Origin: Candidatus Omnitrophota bacterium
Lineage (GTDB): Bacteria; Omnitrophota; Gorgyraeia; Gygaellales; Profunditerraquicolaceae
Reading direction: 5' to 3'
Length of the DNA: 64,000 bases
NCBI GenBank assembly: GCA_963805065.1
Contig: CAWDSS010000010.1
Location: forward strand, 920,359 to 984,358
The notes under the pieces were generated by a model. It had not been told where the DNA came from, searched no databases, and saw only the letters and a list, made by a program, of their open reading frames with translations. Within the stretch, counting starts at the first letter, position 1, and each line of letters opens with the position of its first letter. The position numbers and the translations under genes are program-made. This document shows, one piece after another, positions 35,077-43,473 of this stretch.

Positions 35077-35556
35077 ATGTTATCCCATCTTAAACTGCAT
35101 TTGACAGGAAAAGTTGTCATCTTGGGGATGGGCAATACTCTGCGAAGCGATGATGGAGTAGGGTCAATTCTTGCCAGCCGCATAAAAGATAAAGTGCCGT
35201 ATTTAGTCTATGATGCCGGGCCGACGCCTGAAAATTACCTTGGGAAAATTATACAGAATAAGCCCGATAATATCGTAATTATAGATGCTGTTGATTTTGG
35301 CGGCAAACCCGCTGAATTCAGGGTAGTAGAAGGCGAAGATTTAAAAACCGTGAATTTATTTTCTACCCACAATGCCTCCATATCTTTAACCATTAACTAC
35401 TTGCAAAACAATTTGAAGGCAGATATAATAATTTTAATTATTCAGCCCAAGAATATTGCTTTCGGGGATATCTTAAGCCCGGAAATTAGAGAAACCATTA
35501 ACAAATTGGAAAATTGGTTTTCCCGCATCGCCAATGAAACTAAATACAGTCTTTAA
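35077..35556 (+). CDS. Hydrogenase maturation endopeptidase (HycI/HyaD family)
   Basis: VVILGMGNTLRSDDGVGS motif; 159 aa. Confidence 0.8.
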   Translation: MLSHLKLHLTGKVVILGMGNTLRSDDGVGSILASRIKDKVPYLVYDAGPTPENYLGKIIQNKPDNIVIIDAVDFGGKPAEFRVVEGEDLKTVNLFSTHNASISLTINYLQNNLKADIIILIIQPKNIAFGDILSPEIRETINKLENWFSRIANETKYSL

Positions 35557-35568
35557 AAAGGAGGTCAA

Positions 35569-35952
35569 ATGAGGAAGTTAATAGCTTCTTTGGTTTTGCC
35601 TTTCATGCTCTTAAATATTTTAGGCTGTGCGCCTTTAATTGTAGGGGCTGCTGTAGGAGCTTTAGGCGGTTATGCCGCCAGTAAAGATACGATAGAAGGG
35701 GCAACAGACATACCTTATGATCAGGTTTGGAATTCTAGCCTTATGGTAAGTAAGATTCGTGGTGTAATAAGGATAGAGGATTATACAAAAGGCTATATTG
35801 CATTGGATGTAAAACCGACTAAAGTGGATATCAGGCTGATAAGATTAACTCAAGCCACAACCAGAGTAAAGGTTTCTGCGCGTAAATATCATCTTCCCGA
35901 TTTAGCCCTGGCCCAAGATATTTATGTGAAAATCATGGAACAGGCAAAATAA
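35569..35952 (+). CDS. Lipoprotein, function unknown
   Basis: Lipobox NILGC followed by a Gly/Ala-rich segment; 127 aa. Confidence 0.6.
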   Translation: MRKLIASLVLPFMLLNILGCAPLIVGAAVGALGGYAASKDTIEGATDIPYDQVWNSSLMVSKIRGVIRIEDYTKGYIALDVKPTKVDIRLIRLTQATTRVKVSARKYHLPDLALAQDIYVKIMEQAK

Positions 35953-36034
35953 GCATTTGGCTTATTTTTGCCAGTGTTTTTATCTTCTTGCATTTTTTTC
36001 CATTTGTGGTAAAAAAGATAACATAGCGAACGAC

Positions 36035-36106
36035 GCCGAAGTAGCTCAGTGGTAGAGCGCGGCCCTGAAAAGGCCGGCGTGGGGGGTCCGATTCCCTCCC
36101 TCGGCA
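36035..36106 (+). tRNA. tRNA-Phe (GAA)
   Basis: Manual cloverleaf: acceptor GCCGAAG/CCTCGGC (one A-C mismatch), D arm GCTC-AGTGGTA-GAGC, anticodon stem CGGCC/GGCCG, loop CTGAAAA, T arm GGGGG-TCCGATT-CCCTC. No encoded CCA. Confidence 0.8.
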
Positions 36107-36166
36107 CTTAATTTTAGTTCAACTGCCGATCCTGAACGAAGTGAAGGATCTCGGTACTTAATTTTA
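36100..36166 (+). repeat. Direct duplication of the tRNA-Phe 3' end plus 10 nt (50-bp period)
   Basis: CTCGGCACTTAATTTTA (36100-36116) and CTCGGTACTTAATTTTA (36150-36166) flank the hairpin GATCCT-GAACGAAGTGA-AGGATC (36128-36150). Confidence 0.65.
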
Positions 36167-36178
36167 CTTGTTTCTGCT

Positions 36179-36197
36179 GTGCGCAAAATGTGCCCAT
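36179..36197 (-). promoter_or_regulatory. GGCACATTTTGCGCAC box, inverted copy of the island box family
   Basis: The minus-strand sequence reads ATGGGCACATTTTGCGCAC. No downstream minus-strand gene is evident. Confidence 0.3.
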
Positions 36198-36203
36198 TCA
36201 ATG

Positions 36204-36282
36204 GAGAAACATCGGGCTGGACTTAAAACGTTTCAGCCCTTTTTGTTTACTATTACCATTTTGAAATGGAAGTGGTATAATT
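36204..36282 (+). repeat. 79-bp perfect direct repeat, copy A (terminator hairpin plus extended -10 promoter)
   Basis: Identical to 54631-54709. Contains GGGCTG...CAGCCC plus TTTTT and TGGTATAAT. Confidence 0.9.
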
Positions 36283-36318
36283 GATGAAAATAAAGGAGCG
36301 GGTCAGTCCGCATAGCTT

Positions 36319-36876
36319 ATGGCCAATATGAAGAAAATTATAATAGCTGCAATAGTGCTTGTTTTTATTTTATGTTACAATTTTTGTATTGCGGGTGAGG
36401 TTGACATCGATTTGTTCGGGTTTTCCTTTCATTTCAACAAACTTGGTGCTTATAGGGAAGCTTCGCTTAAGTTGGATAACAATGGGAAATGGGTATTCAA
36501 TCCAGGCATAGGTTTGGGTTATGATTTTCGCAGCAGCATAAAAAGCGAAGGATTTTCACCAATTGTCCAGGGAGGATTTTTCGAGAACTGCTCCAGTAAA
36601 CCTTTTTTGTTCGGCGGTGCAGGGGTAAGATACAGGAAGTTCATACTTGGAAAACTATTTTGGGAGGCAAATGCGCTTGGGATGCTTACCTATGCAAGGG
36701 ACTGGGATGATGAAAGGCCTCAATTTAGTGTTTTGCCTTATGGGAACATGGGCATTGGTTATGATTTTGGAAATAATCTTGTAACATTTTCAGTCAGCTA
36801 TGTGCCCCAGAATGGTAGCACTGCTATAGGAAACGATACAGACATGTTGTTTATAAATTTGGCAGTTTCTTTTTAA
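36319..36876 (+). CDS. Putative outer-membrane beta-barrel protein
   Basis: Signal peptide, alternating beta-strand pattern, and C-terminal ...NLAVSF ending in Phe. Confidence 0.5.
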   Translation: MANMKKIIIAAIVLVFILCYNFCIAGEVDIDLFGFSFHFNKLGAYREASLKLDNNGKWVFNPGIGLGYDFRSSIKSEGFSPIVQGGFFENCSSKPFLFGGAGVRYRKFILGKLFWEANALGMLTYARDWDDERPQFSVLPYGNMGIGYDFGNNLVTFSVSYVPQNGSTAIGNDTDMLFINLAVSF

Positions 36877-37093
36877 AAGAAAAAATATGAGCATTAGGAC
36901 TTTGCTCACTAAATTGCTTACAATTTTGTAATTTGTGATAGAATGTATTGCAGACTAATGCTTTTATTCTGTAACGCAAAAAGTTATTCCCGCCAAAAAG
37001 AGGCGGGATTTCGCTAGATAAAAGATTAAGGTTCTCAAAAACTCGTCTACGAGGGGAGATTATAATTTCAAAAATAAGGGGGGTGAAAAAGAT

Positions 37094-37538
37094 ATGAAGA
37101 AGGCATTTCTTGCATTATTTGCTGTTGCGTTCGTTACTTCTATGTGTTTTGCCGAAGAGCCGGTCATCAGCGATTATCCACTCAAGCTTCCAGCAATGCT
37201 GCTGCTCCAGCGCAAGTTCCCAGCGCTACTGCTGCTCCAACCCAACCGCCAGCCAGCACTACTTCTACGGCCTCGGCTAAAACCACTACTTTTACCGGTA
37301 AAGTAGATTCTGTATCGAGCGGGATAGTATGGGGTAAATCCGCAGATTATCGTCAAAGATGATAATGGACAGGGGACGACCTTTACGGTAGCAAGTGACG
37401 CTACTGTCATTGGTAAAGATGGAAATTCGACTACTGTAGATTGGATAAACAAGGATGATAAAGTCAGCATAGACTACATTGCGAATCACGGACGGTAGCA
37501 AAACGGCTAAATCCATTAAAGTGTCAGCAGGTTGGTAG
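37094..37538 (+). pseudogene. Small secreted protein gene disrupted by at least 3 frameshifts
   Basis: The signal peptide (frame of 37094), the Ala/Pro/Thr linker (frame of 37144), the beta-rich body (IIVKDDNGQGTTFTV...) and the tail (DGSKTAKSIKVSAGW) lie in different frames. It is related in design to the intact gene at 47568-47903. Confidence 0.6.
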
Positions 37539-37615
37539 AAAAAGATAAACTAGTCTAAAATGAGCAGACGGCTTACAGAGCGCAAGCGATGTAAGCCGTA
37601 GCTGTTTATACAAAG

Positions 37616-37877
37616 AAATCTTCTCGCTGAGTCGCGTCTGTCTTGTCTGTGTTTCTCGGGAACGCTCGCATTTCCCCAGCGTGGAAATGCTTCGCTCAGG
37701 TCGGCTGCGTCGCTCTCCCGCATCCGGGCCGTATATAAATCCGTTTTTTTAATTTAGGAGCCGGATGCGGGAACCGTGCCCGCTCCTTGCCTCCATGTCC
37801 CTCGAAATCACAGCCAAGCCAGCCGCTCATAACTATGTTAGCTCGAAACATGCCTCGTCACCCGCTGGCGAGAATTT
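37616..37877 (+). repeat. Structured palindromic element, diverged copy 3
   Basis: Shares ACGCTCGCATTTCC-CCAGCGT-GGAAATGCTTCGCTCAG and the 3' end CTCGAAACATGCCTCGTCACCCGC with copy 2. The middle is replaced by an 11-bp stem CCCGCATCCGG...CCGGATGCGGG. Confidence 0.6.
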
Positions 37878-38031
37878 ATAGTTGAATAACCCACCAATTA
37901 GCAGTAGAATATCCTTGACAATGGATTGAATATAATGTATAAAATAGACAATAATTCAGTGTGGTATGTTTCGAAGGGGGAACTGCCACGTTAAAATAAC
38001 TAAAACCTTCGCTCATAAGGCGGAGGTTTTT

Positions 38032-38817
38032 ATGTTTAATGACATGAAAGAAAGCATAAGTCTTCTAGAAATTAAACTCCCAAAAGAATTTGTAAATAAA
38101 ATAATTTGTGGTGATGCCATTGAGGTTATGAAGAAGATCTCTACCGGGTCGATAGATTTAGTCGTTACCTCTCCTCCTTATAATCTCAAGAATTCTACCG
38201 GAAATGGCATGAAAGATGGAAGAGGGGGAAAATGGGCAAATGCTGCTTTGCAGAAGGGATATACTCATCATAATGATTGTATGCCTCATGATGAATATGT
38301 AAGATGGCAACGAGATTGTTTAGTAGAAATGATGAGGATTATTCCCGATACTGGAGCCATATTCTATAACCATAAACGCAGGGTTCAAGGTGGTTTATTA
38401 CAGGATCGACAGGATATTATTGAAGGTTTTCCTGTTAGGCAAATCATCATCTGGAAGCGTAAAGGGGGTTTAAACTTTAATGCAGGCTATTTTCTCCCAA
38501 CCTACGAAGTTATTTATTTGATAGCAAAGCCAAAATTTAAACTTGTGCCTAAAGCCAATGCGTATGGCGATGTTTGGGAATTTACTCAAGAAATGAATAA
38601 TGATCATCCCGCAGCATTTCCAGTTAATCTGATTGAAAGGATTGTCTCATCTACAAATGCAAAAATTGTTCTTGATCCATTTATGGGCTCTGGTACTACA
38701 GCAATCGCCGCTATAAATTTCAAGAGAAATTTTGTCGGTATTGATATTTCTCCCGAATATTGTGAGATGGCAAGAAAAAGAATTAAGCAGCATCAAGCCC
38801 AAGGTAAACTTTGGTAA
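38032..38817 (+). CDS. Beta-class DNA methyltransferase, probably N4-cytosine-specific
   Basis: Motif IV TSPPYN lies N-terminal to motif I DPFMGSGTT (beta order). GGAGG SD 5 nt before ATG 38032; the ORF is also open from 37966. Confidence 0.85.
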   Translation: MFNDMKESISLLEIKLPKEFVNKIICGDAIEVMKKISTGSIDLVVTSPPYNLKNSTGNGMKDGRGGKWANAALQKGYTHHNDCMPHDEYVRWQRDCLVEMMRIIPDTGAIFYNHKRRVQGGLLQDRQDIIEGFPVRQIIIWKRKGGLNFNAGYFLPTYEVIYLIAKPKFKLVPKANAYGDVWEFTQEMNNDHPAAFPVNLIERIVSSTNAKIVLDPFMGSGTTAIAAINFKRNFVGIDISPEYCEMARKRIKQHQAQGKLW

Positions 38818-38821
38818 TCCT

Positions 38822-39604
38822 ATGGTAAAGAAAACAGTTGTTTATACTAAACAAAATATAATAGATAGGCTTAAGGAAATTAGTGCGTTAGGTTGGATTA
38901 AAAACGCTCGTCCTGGCAATGCTGGCGGTGTTGGGAATACATTAGAAGACTTGTTAGGTATAGAAGAAAATAATTTGCCTATTCCTAATGCAGCAGAATG
39001 GGAATTAAAATGCCAAAGGATAGGTACGGATTCTTTAACGACACTTTTTCACATGGAACCTTCTCCGCGCGCTATAGGGTTTGTACCTAAGGTGCTTTTG
39101 CCACTTTATGGATGGAAGCACCAAACAATACCAGGAGAAAAGAGCTTTAGACAGACTATAAATGGTTTGTCTTGCTCCGATAGAGGCTTTAAAGTTGTTG
39201 TTGATCGGGCTGCTCGTAAGGTGCTGATTTCTTTTAATGCTAAATGCGTATCCGATAAACATAGAAAATGGCTTAATTCTGTAGAAAAGAAAATAGGCTT
39301 GGCTGAATTGAATCCTCAACCATACTGGGGATTTGATGATCTTTTCCATAAGGCAGGAACAAAGCTGCTGAATTGTTTTTACATACGTGCTGAAGCGAAA
39401 ACTGAAAAAAGAAAAGAATATTTTTGGTATAAAGAAATTATGATTTTGCAAAAGTTTAGTCTGGATAAATTTATAAAGGCTATTGAAGACGGCTTTATTC
39501 TCGTAGATTTCGATGCTCGCACAGGCCATAACCACGGGACAAAATTTAGACTTAGACAAGATAGAATGCCAGAATTATATGAAGATGTAAGGAGGATTGA
39601 ATAG
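38822..39604 (+). CDS. Type II restriction endonuclease, MvaI/BcnI (MutH-like) family candidate
   Basis: Starts 4 nt after the methylase stop. GGVGNTLEDLLGIEENNLPIPNAAEWELKCQR matches the MutH/Sau3AI/BcnI-type G..lE..lG..ENN...D/E.ElK core as I recall it. Confidence 0.65.
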   Translation: MVKKTVVYTKQNIIDRLKEISALGWIKNARPGNAGGVGNTLEDLLGIEENNLPIPNAAEWELKCQRIGTDSLTTLFHMEPSPRAIGFVPKVLLPLYGWKHQTIPGEKSFRQTINGLSCSDRGFKVVVDRAARKVLISFNAKCVSDKHRKWLNSVEKKIGLAELNPQPYWGFDDLFHKAGTKLLNCFYIRAEAKTEKRKEYFWYKEIMILQKFSLDKFIKAIEDGFILVDFDARTGHNHGTKFRLRQDRMPELYEDVRRIE

Positions 39605-39682
39605 AAATACTATTGTCATAGTGCAAATTCTTGTATTGGAGTGAGCAATGAGGTTAAAGTAGATTAAATTCAAAGGCAACTT

Positions 39683-39710
39683 AAAAAACCAGGCAAATGC
39701 CTGGTTTTTT
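39683..39710 (+). terminator. Rho-independent terminator after the R-M pair
   Basis: AAAAAACCAGG-CAAATG-CCTGGTTTTTT. Confidence 0.8.
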
Positions 39711-39853
39711 AATCCTGAGCGGAGCGAAGGATCTTTCTAGAAGATAGGGGGTTGCCTTTTTTATTCCTACCTTGTAGATGAGCATGTGGATAAGGCGGTG
39801 GAGAAATTGGAGTTTTAAAATATTGAGAGTGTTCTAGTTATAAGGAGGATTTA

Positions 39854-40519
39854 ATGAATGACTTATTTAAATTATCTGTTTCAATCATTTTAATTTCTAT
39901 TGGAATATTTTTTGGGTTTCCTCCATTAATAAAAATATTCTCAGCAATATTTAAAGTGACAATCTCGGAATCCACAAGCATTATCACAGTGTTAATCAAC
40001 TTTATAATGATTTTTATAATGATAATTACAATTTTTATAAGCAATAAATCTTCGCAAGAAGAAATAAAGAGTATTAAGGAGTCGACTCAAAGTTACATAA
40101 ATAAAACAGAAGAATTTAATAAAAAAACTAAAAGTGCTCTTCTGTCTGCCTTATTGCTAGAATTTAAAGAAAACATAAGGCTCGTCCGAGACACAGTTGC
40201 TGACCGCGATCTTTATATAAACCAAGCAGCAGCGTATTCTCCTTCAATTGCCTTTTCTTTCGAAACTTATCAGGCTAACCTGAATAATGCAACCATAGAT
40301 AATTATGAATTATTAGATCAAATAGTTAAGGTTTATAGCTCCTTCAGAATATTCCAAGGAATTTTTGAAATTAATAAGTTGCCCCACCAAACCAAAGAAT
40401 TTAGGGAGAAGAATATTAAGAAAGTTATAGAGAATATGGAAGTTAATTTAAACGAATACACGAAAATAGAACAAGAGATAGCTAGCTATAAGAAATCTAA
40501 TTATGATACAAATAATTAA
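39854..40519 (+). CDS. Membrane-anchored protein, function unknown (low GC)
   Basis: Two N-terminal TM helices and a helical cytoplasmic domain. SD AAGGAGG upstream. I recognise no family. Confidence 0.6.
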   Translation: MNDLFKLSVSIILISIGIFFGFPPLIKIFSAIFKVTISESTSIITVLINFIMIFIMIITIFISNKSSQEEIKSIKESTQSYINKTEEFNKKTKSALLSALLLEFKENIRLVRDTVADRDLYINQAAAYSPSIAFSFETYQANLNNATIDNYELLDQIVKVYSSFRIFQGIFEINKLPHQTKEFREKNIKKVIENMEVNLNEYTKIEQEIASYKKSNYDTNN

Positions 40520-40545
40520 GAATCTGTTTTATTGTATAAAATATT

Positions 40546-40563
40546 TGGGCACATTTTGGGCAC
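40546..40563 (+). promoter_or_regulatory. Box TGGGCACATTTTGGGCAC (sigma54-like GG-N10-GC, or an 11-bp-phased direct repeat)
   Basis: GG at 40548-40549 and GC at 40560-40561. Also readable as GGCACAT-TTTG-GGCACAG. 115 nt upstream of the ATG at 40679. Confidence 0.4.
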
Positions 40564-40621
40564 AGTGCTACGCGCATTAGATCATAACCGCTAGCAACGC
40601 AATAAATAATACATATCAGGT

Positions 40622-40640
40622 GTAGAACGAGGTGTTCTAA
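40622..40640 (+). promoter_or_regulatory. Inverted repeat GTAGAAC-N5-GTTCTAA in the leader
   Basis: A 7-5-7 inverted repeat lying 38 nt upstream of the start codon and ~60 nt downstream of the box. Confidence 0.4.
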
Positions 40641-40678
40641 TCTAAAAGAATCATATCAACTTGTTAGGAGGAATAAAT

Positions 40679-41806
40679 ATGGATTCTAAAGAAAAACATG
40701 AATGGGCGCGTCATTACGATGGTTTATCTTGGTCAGTAGCCACTATAATGTCTACGGCTATAGGTGGTCTTCTGTTATATCTCAGCTCTGTATTTAATCT
40801 AATATTAGCGTTTACAGTAATAAATTTAATAATTTTATCAGTTTATTTCGCTGCAAGTTTTAGAGAACTAAGATTCATATTTCAGGATATCGAGAACGAT
40901 GATATTAAAATATTCGTTGATCATAGATCATTCCTTCAATGGTGGCCGTACCTCTTTATTTTTATGTTTTTATGTTTAATTTGGGTAGGCATATTGTTTA
41001 AAAATCTCCCGGAAGGTAAAATTTATTGGCTAATAATTGCACTTGTTAATCTTATTTTTATTATAGCTGTGGGTTTTAGAGCAAACGGAAACAACTTAAA
41101 AGACCGCATTAAGAATATTCGAGAAAAGAAAAAGTTTAATAAGTTAGATCGTCATTTTTGGTTGATTATTATTACAGTCATTATGGCTCTAGAAGTCTTA
41201 TTGGTTTCTTTGTTTTTTTCTAGAAAGGACATAAAAGTGAAAAATAGCTCGTGGATTCATTTAAGTATAAATCTTGATAATTACGAAAAGACGATAATGA
41301 AATTACATAATGATGCAATTCAGGAGAAGCCCACAGGCATTTATAAAGACTTAATATGTTACCTTGAAGATGTAGTTAATTCATCAAAAGAGTTAATAAA
41401 TAGATATTTTTATCTTTTTGAACCTAACCCACATCTTTTCTTAGCGTTAGAAGTAAAAGATGAGAAGAATATCGAGTTGATTAAGAATAAAATTAAAGAT
41501 ATAAAAAAGCCAAATTTTATTGCTTCGATTACAATTGATATAAATACTAAAGATGAATCAAATGGACAAGCCGCTGTCGATTTCTTTTATGCAGGAACTA
41601 AGTATGCATTCTTTAGAGTAAGCGATAATTATAAACCGGGATATACGAATAATAATGAAGTGAAATTAGTTCATTGTTTTGCTAACCAATTATTCGTTAC
41701 TAATATTAACGAAATAAAATTTTATGTAAGATGTTTGCAACATAGAGGTGTTTCTATAGAAAAGAAAACAATAGAAAGTGAGTTGATCAATCAGAGCAAG
41801 AAATAA
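40679..41806 (+). CDS. Polytopic membrane protein with a C-terminal soluble domain, function unknown (low GC)
   Basis: AGGAGG SD 7 nt before ATG 40679. About 5 TM helices. The C-terminal segment RYFYLFEPNPHLFLALEV faintly resembles the F.RY.DP.PHLRLR signature of Lant_dehydr_C/SpaB_C domains. Confidence 0.6.
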   Translation: MDSKEKHEWARHYDGLSWSVATIMSTAIGGLLLYLSSVFNLILAFTVINLIILSVYFAASFRELRFIFQDIENDDIKIFVDHRSFLQWWPYLFIFMFLCLIWVGILFKNLPEGKIYWLIIALVNLIFIIAVGFRANGNNLKDRIKNIREKKKFNKLDRHFWLIIITVIMALEVLLVSLFFSRKDIKVKNSSWIHLSINLDNYEKTIMKLHNDAIQEKPTGIYKDLICYLEDVVNSSKELINRYFYLFEPNPHLFLALEVKDEKNIELIKNKIKDIKKPNFIASITIDINTKDESNGQAAVDFFYAGTKYAFFRVSDNYKPGYTNNNEVKLVHCFANQLFVTNINEIKFYVRCLQHRGVSIEKKTIESELINQSKK

Positions 41807-41831
41807 TAGTCGCTTGGTGGCCGTAATATAT

Positions 41832-41850
41832 TTAGGCACATTTTGGGCAC
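41832..41850 (+). promoter_or_regulatory. Box TTAGGCACATTTTGGGCAC (second copy)
   Basis: GG at 41835-41836 and GC at 41847-41848. 124 nt upstream of the ATG at 41974. Confidence 0.4.
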
Positions 41851-41906
41851 AGTTTTCTTCTTTGAGTTGATAACTATTTACTAAGCAATAACTAACATAA
41901 AGTGAG

Positions 41907-41925
41907 TTAGAACAGTATATTCTAA
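41907..41925 (+). promoter_or_regulatory. Inverted repeat TTAGAAC-AGTAT-ATTCTAA
   Basis: Identical 19-mer at 44371-44389. Starts 59 nt after the GC of the box. Confidence 0.4.
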
Positions 41926-41973
41926 TACAGACTAAGAACAAGGTGATGTATACCTTATTTTGCAGGAGGGGGC

Positions 41974-42537
41974 ATGAAAAAATCTATCGGAGCTAAAACT
42001 ATTGTTTTTCCAACGCCGGTTTTTATTATAGGAACATATGATAAATCTGGTAAGCCAAATGCCATGGTCGTTGCTTGGGGTGGAATATGTTGTTCTGATC
42101 CTCCATGCGTTAGCATTTCTTTGCGAGAGGCCACATACACTTATGGTAATATTCTGGAAAGAAGGGCTTTTACCGTCAGTATCCCTTCAGAAAAATACAT
42201 AAAAGAAGCTGATTACTTTGGCATTGTTTCAGGCAGGACAGAAGATAAGTTTTCTTCGACAGGACTTACTCCTGTAAAGAGTGAACTCGTGGATGCTCCT
42301 TATATCAAAGAGTTTCCTTTCATTTTAGAATGTAGTCTTCTGCAATCTGTTAAAATCGGATTGCATACACTGTTCATCGGCCAAATCAAAGATGCGAAAA
42401 CAGATGAAGAAGTGTTAGTAAAAGGAGAGTTTCCTGATATTGAAAAAATAAAACCAATGATTTTTAATCCTGCAAATCGCACTTATTATGGCGTAGGTAA
42501 ATATCTTAGCAATGCATTTTCTGTTGGAAAAAAGTAA
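41974..42537 (+). CDS. Flavin reductase-like (FMN-binding split-barrel) protein
   Basis: 187 aa ([33 protein letters not shown]), typical of the flavoredoxin/flavin reductase family. Confidence 0.8.
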   Translation: MKKSIGAKTIVFPTPVFIIGTYDKSGKPNAMVVAWGGICCSDPPCVSISLREATYTYGNILERRAFTVSIPSEKYIKEADYFGIVSGRTEDKFSSTGLTPVKSELVDAPYIKEFPFILECSLLQSVKIGLHTLFIGQIKDAKTDEEVLVKGEFPDIEKIKPMIFNPANRTYYGVGKYLSNAFSVGKK

Positions 42538-42561
42538 AAAGAAATACAAGACGCTTTACTC

Positions 42562-42586
42562 AACTCATTACAAATTAATGAGTTTT
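42562..42586 (+). terminator. Rho-independent terminator
   Basis: AACTCATTA-CAAAT-TAATGAGTT followed by TTTT. Confidence 0.7.
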
Positions 42587-42708
42587 GCAACAAATCTATG
42601 ACCATTTGACAAAAAGGCAGAATAGCCAAAAGATTTGTTTCCTAACTCGTTATTCGGGATATAATTAGATAAAGCGTCTTGTAAACGTATAAAGGAGAAG
42701 GTGAAACC

Positions 42709-43251
42709 ATGGAATATAGAAAGAATATGACAGAGCAGGAAGTTCGGGATGCCCTTGAATACGCCGAAAACATCATAGACGCCGTGCGTGAACCCTTAGT
42801 AGTCCTGGATGGGGATTTAAGGGTAATTTCAGCCAGTAATTCGTTCTACGATTTTTTTAAGGTCAAGCCAGAGGAAACTGAGAAGCAATTAATCTATAGC
42901 TTGGGAAACCGTCAATGGGATATTCCTAAGCTGCGAGAACTACTGGAAGAAATCATTCCCAATAATGCAGCCTTTTATGACTTTGAAGTTAAGCATGGTT
43001 TTCCGAATATCGGTGAACGGATAATGATGCTAAATGCCAGGCGGATACCCAGGCCTCCAGAAAAGCCACGGGTGATCCTCCTTGCCATTGAAGATATTAC
43101 CGGCAGCAGGATGTTGCAGAACATTCACGAGAAGATGCATGATTTAGAGATACACATTAAAGCATCATTGGGCAGGGAATTAAAGATTGTAGGGTTGGAG
43201 GAGAAGATAGAAGAATTACGAGCAGATTTAGATAAAATCCGCAAACTTTAA
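42709..43251 (+). CDS. Stand-alone PAS-domain protein with a C-terminal coiled coil
   Basis: PAS of the type found N-terminal in CheR/CheB-PAS-kinase fusions (ALEYAENIIDAVREPLVVLDGDLRVISASNSFYDFF, GNRQWDIPKLRELLEE, LLAIEDIT). Confidence 0.8.
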   Translation: MEYRKNMTEQEVRDALEYAENIIDAVREPLVVLDGDLRVISASNSFYDFFKVKPEETEKQLIYSLGNRQWDIPKLRELLEEIIPNNAAFYDFEVKHGFPNIGERIMMLNARRIPRPPEKPRVILLAIEDITGSRMLQNIHEKMHDLEIHIKASLGRELKIVGLEEKIEELRADLDKIRKL

Positions 43252-43302
43252 GTTTTTTAAAATGGAGCGGACATGGTATAATTAGAACAAAAGGAGCGAG
43301 AA

Positions 43303-43413
43303 ATGGCACAGCCTAAAAATAAAAAATCAAGATGGAAAACACTTATACACAAGAAGCACAGCGTAGAATTTGTTGGTGTATTAAAGAAAGGTAAAAAATG
43401 CTCAACAAAATGA
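43303..43413 (+). CDS. Possible 36-aa basic small protein
   Basis: AAGGAG SD 7 nt upstream and a TGGTATAAT extended -10 at 43274-43282. Sequence MAQPKNKKSRWKTLIHKKHSVEFVGVLKKGKKCSTK. No homology evidence. Confidence 0.3.
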   Translation: MAQPKNKKSRWKTLIHKKHSVEFVGVLKKGKKCSTK

Positions 43414-43473
43414 AAAAATGTAAATATACTCATTTAACAGTTTCCTCCCTTTACTAATGAATGGGGTGAAACC

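Noticed and set aside
35922-36107. A 61-aa minus-strand ORF.
   Set aside because: It overlaps tRNA-Phe on the opposite strand and the 3' end of the lipoprotein gene, so it is spurious.
39035-39559. A 174-aa minus-strand ORF.
   Set aside because: It lies entirely antisense within the restriction endonuclease candidate. It is an AT-rich, low-complexity translation with no SD.
40622-40640. The inverted repeat as a LexA (Cheo-box, GAAC-N4-GTTC) SOS operator.
   Set aside because: The half-sites resemble GAAC/GTTC, but the spacer is 5 nt in all three copies, and two copies read ATTC in the right half. This was kept only as a remote possibility within the box/IR finding.
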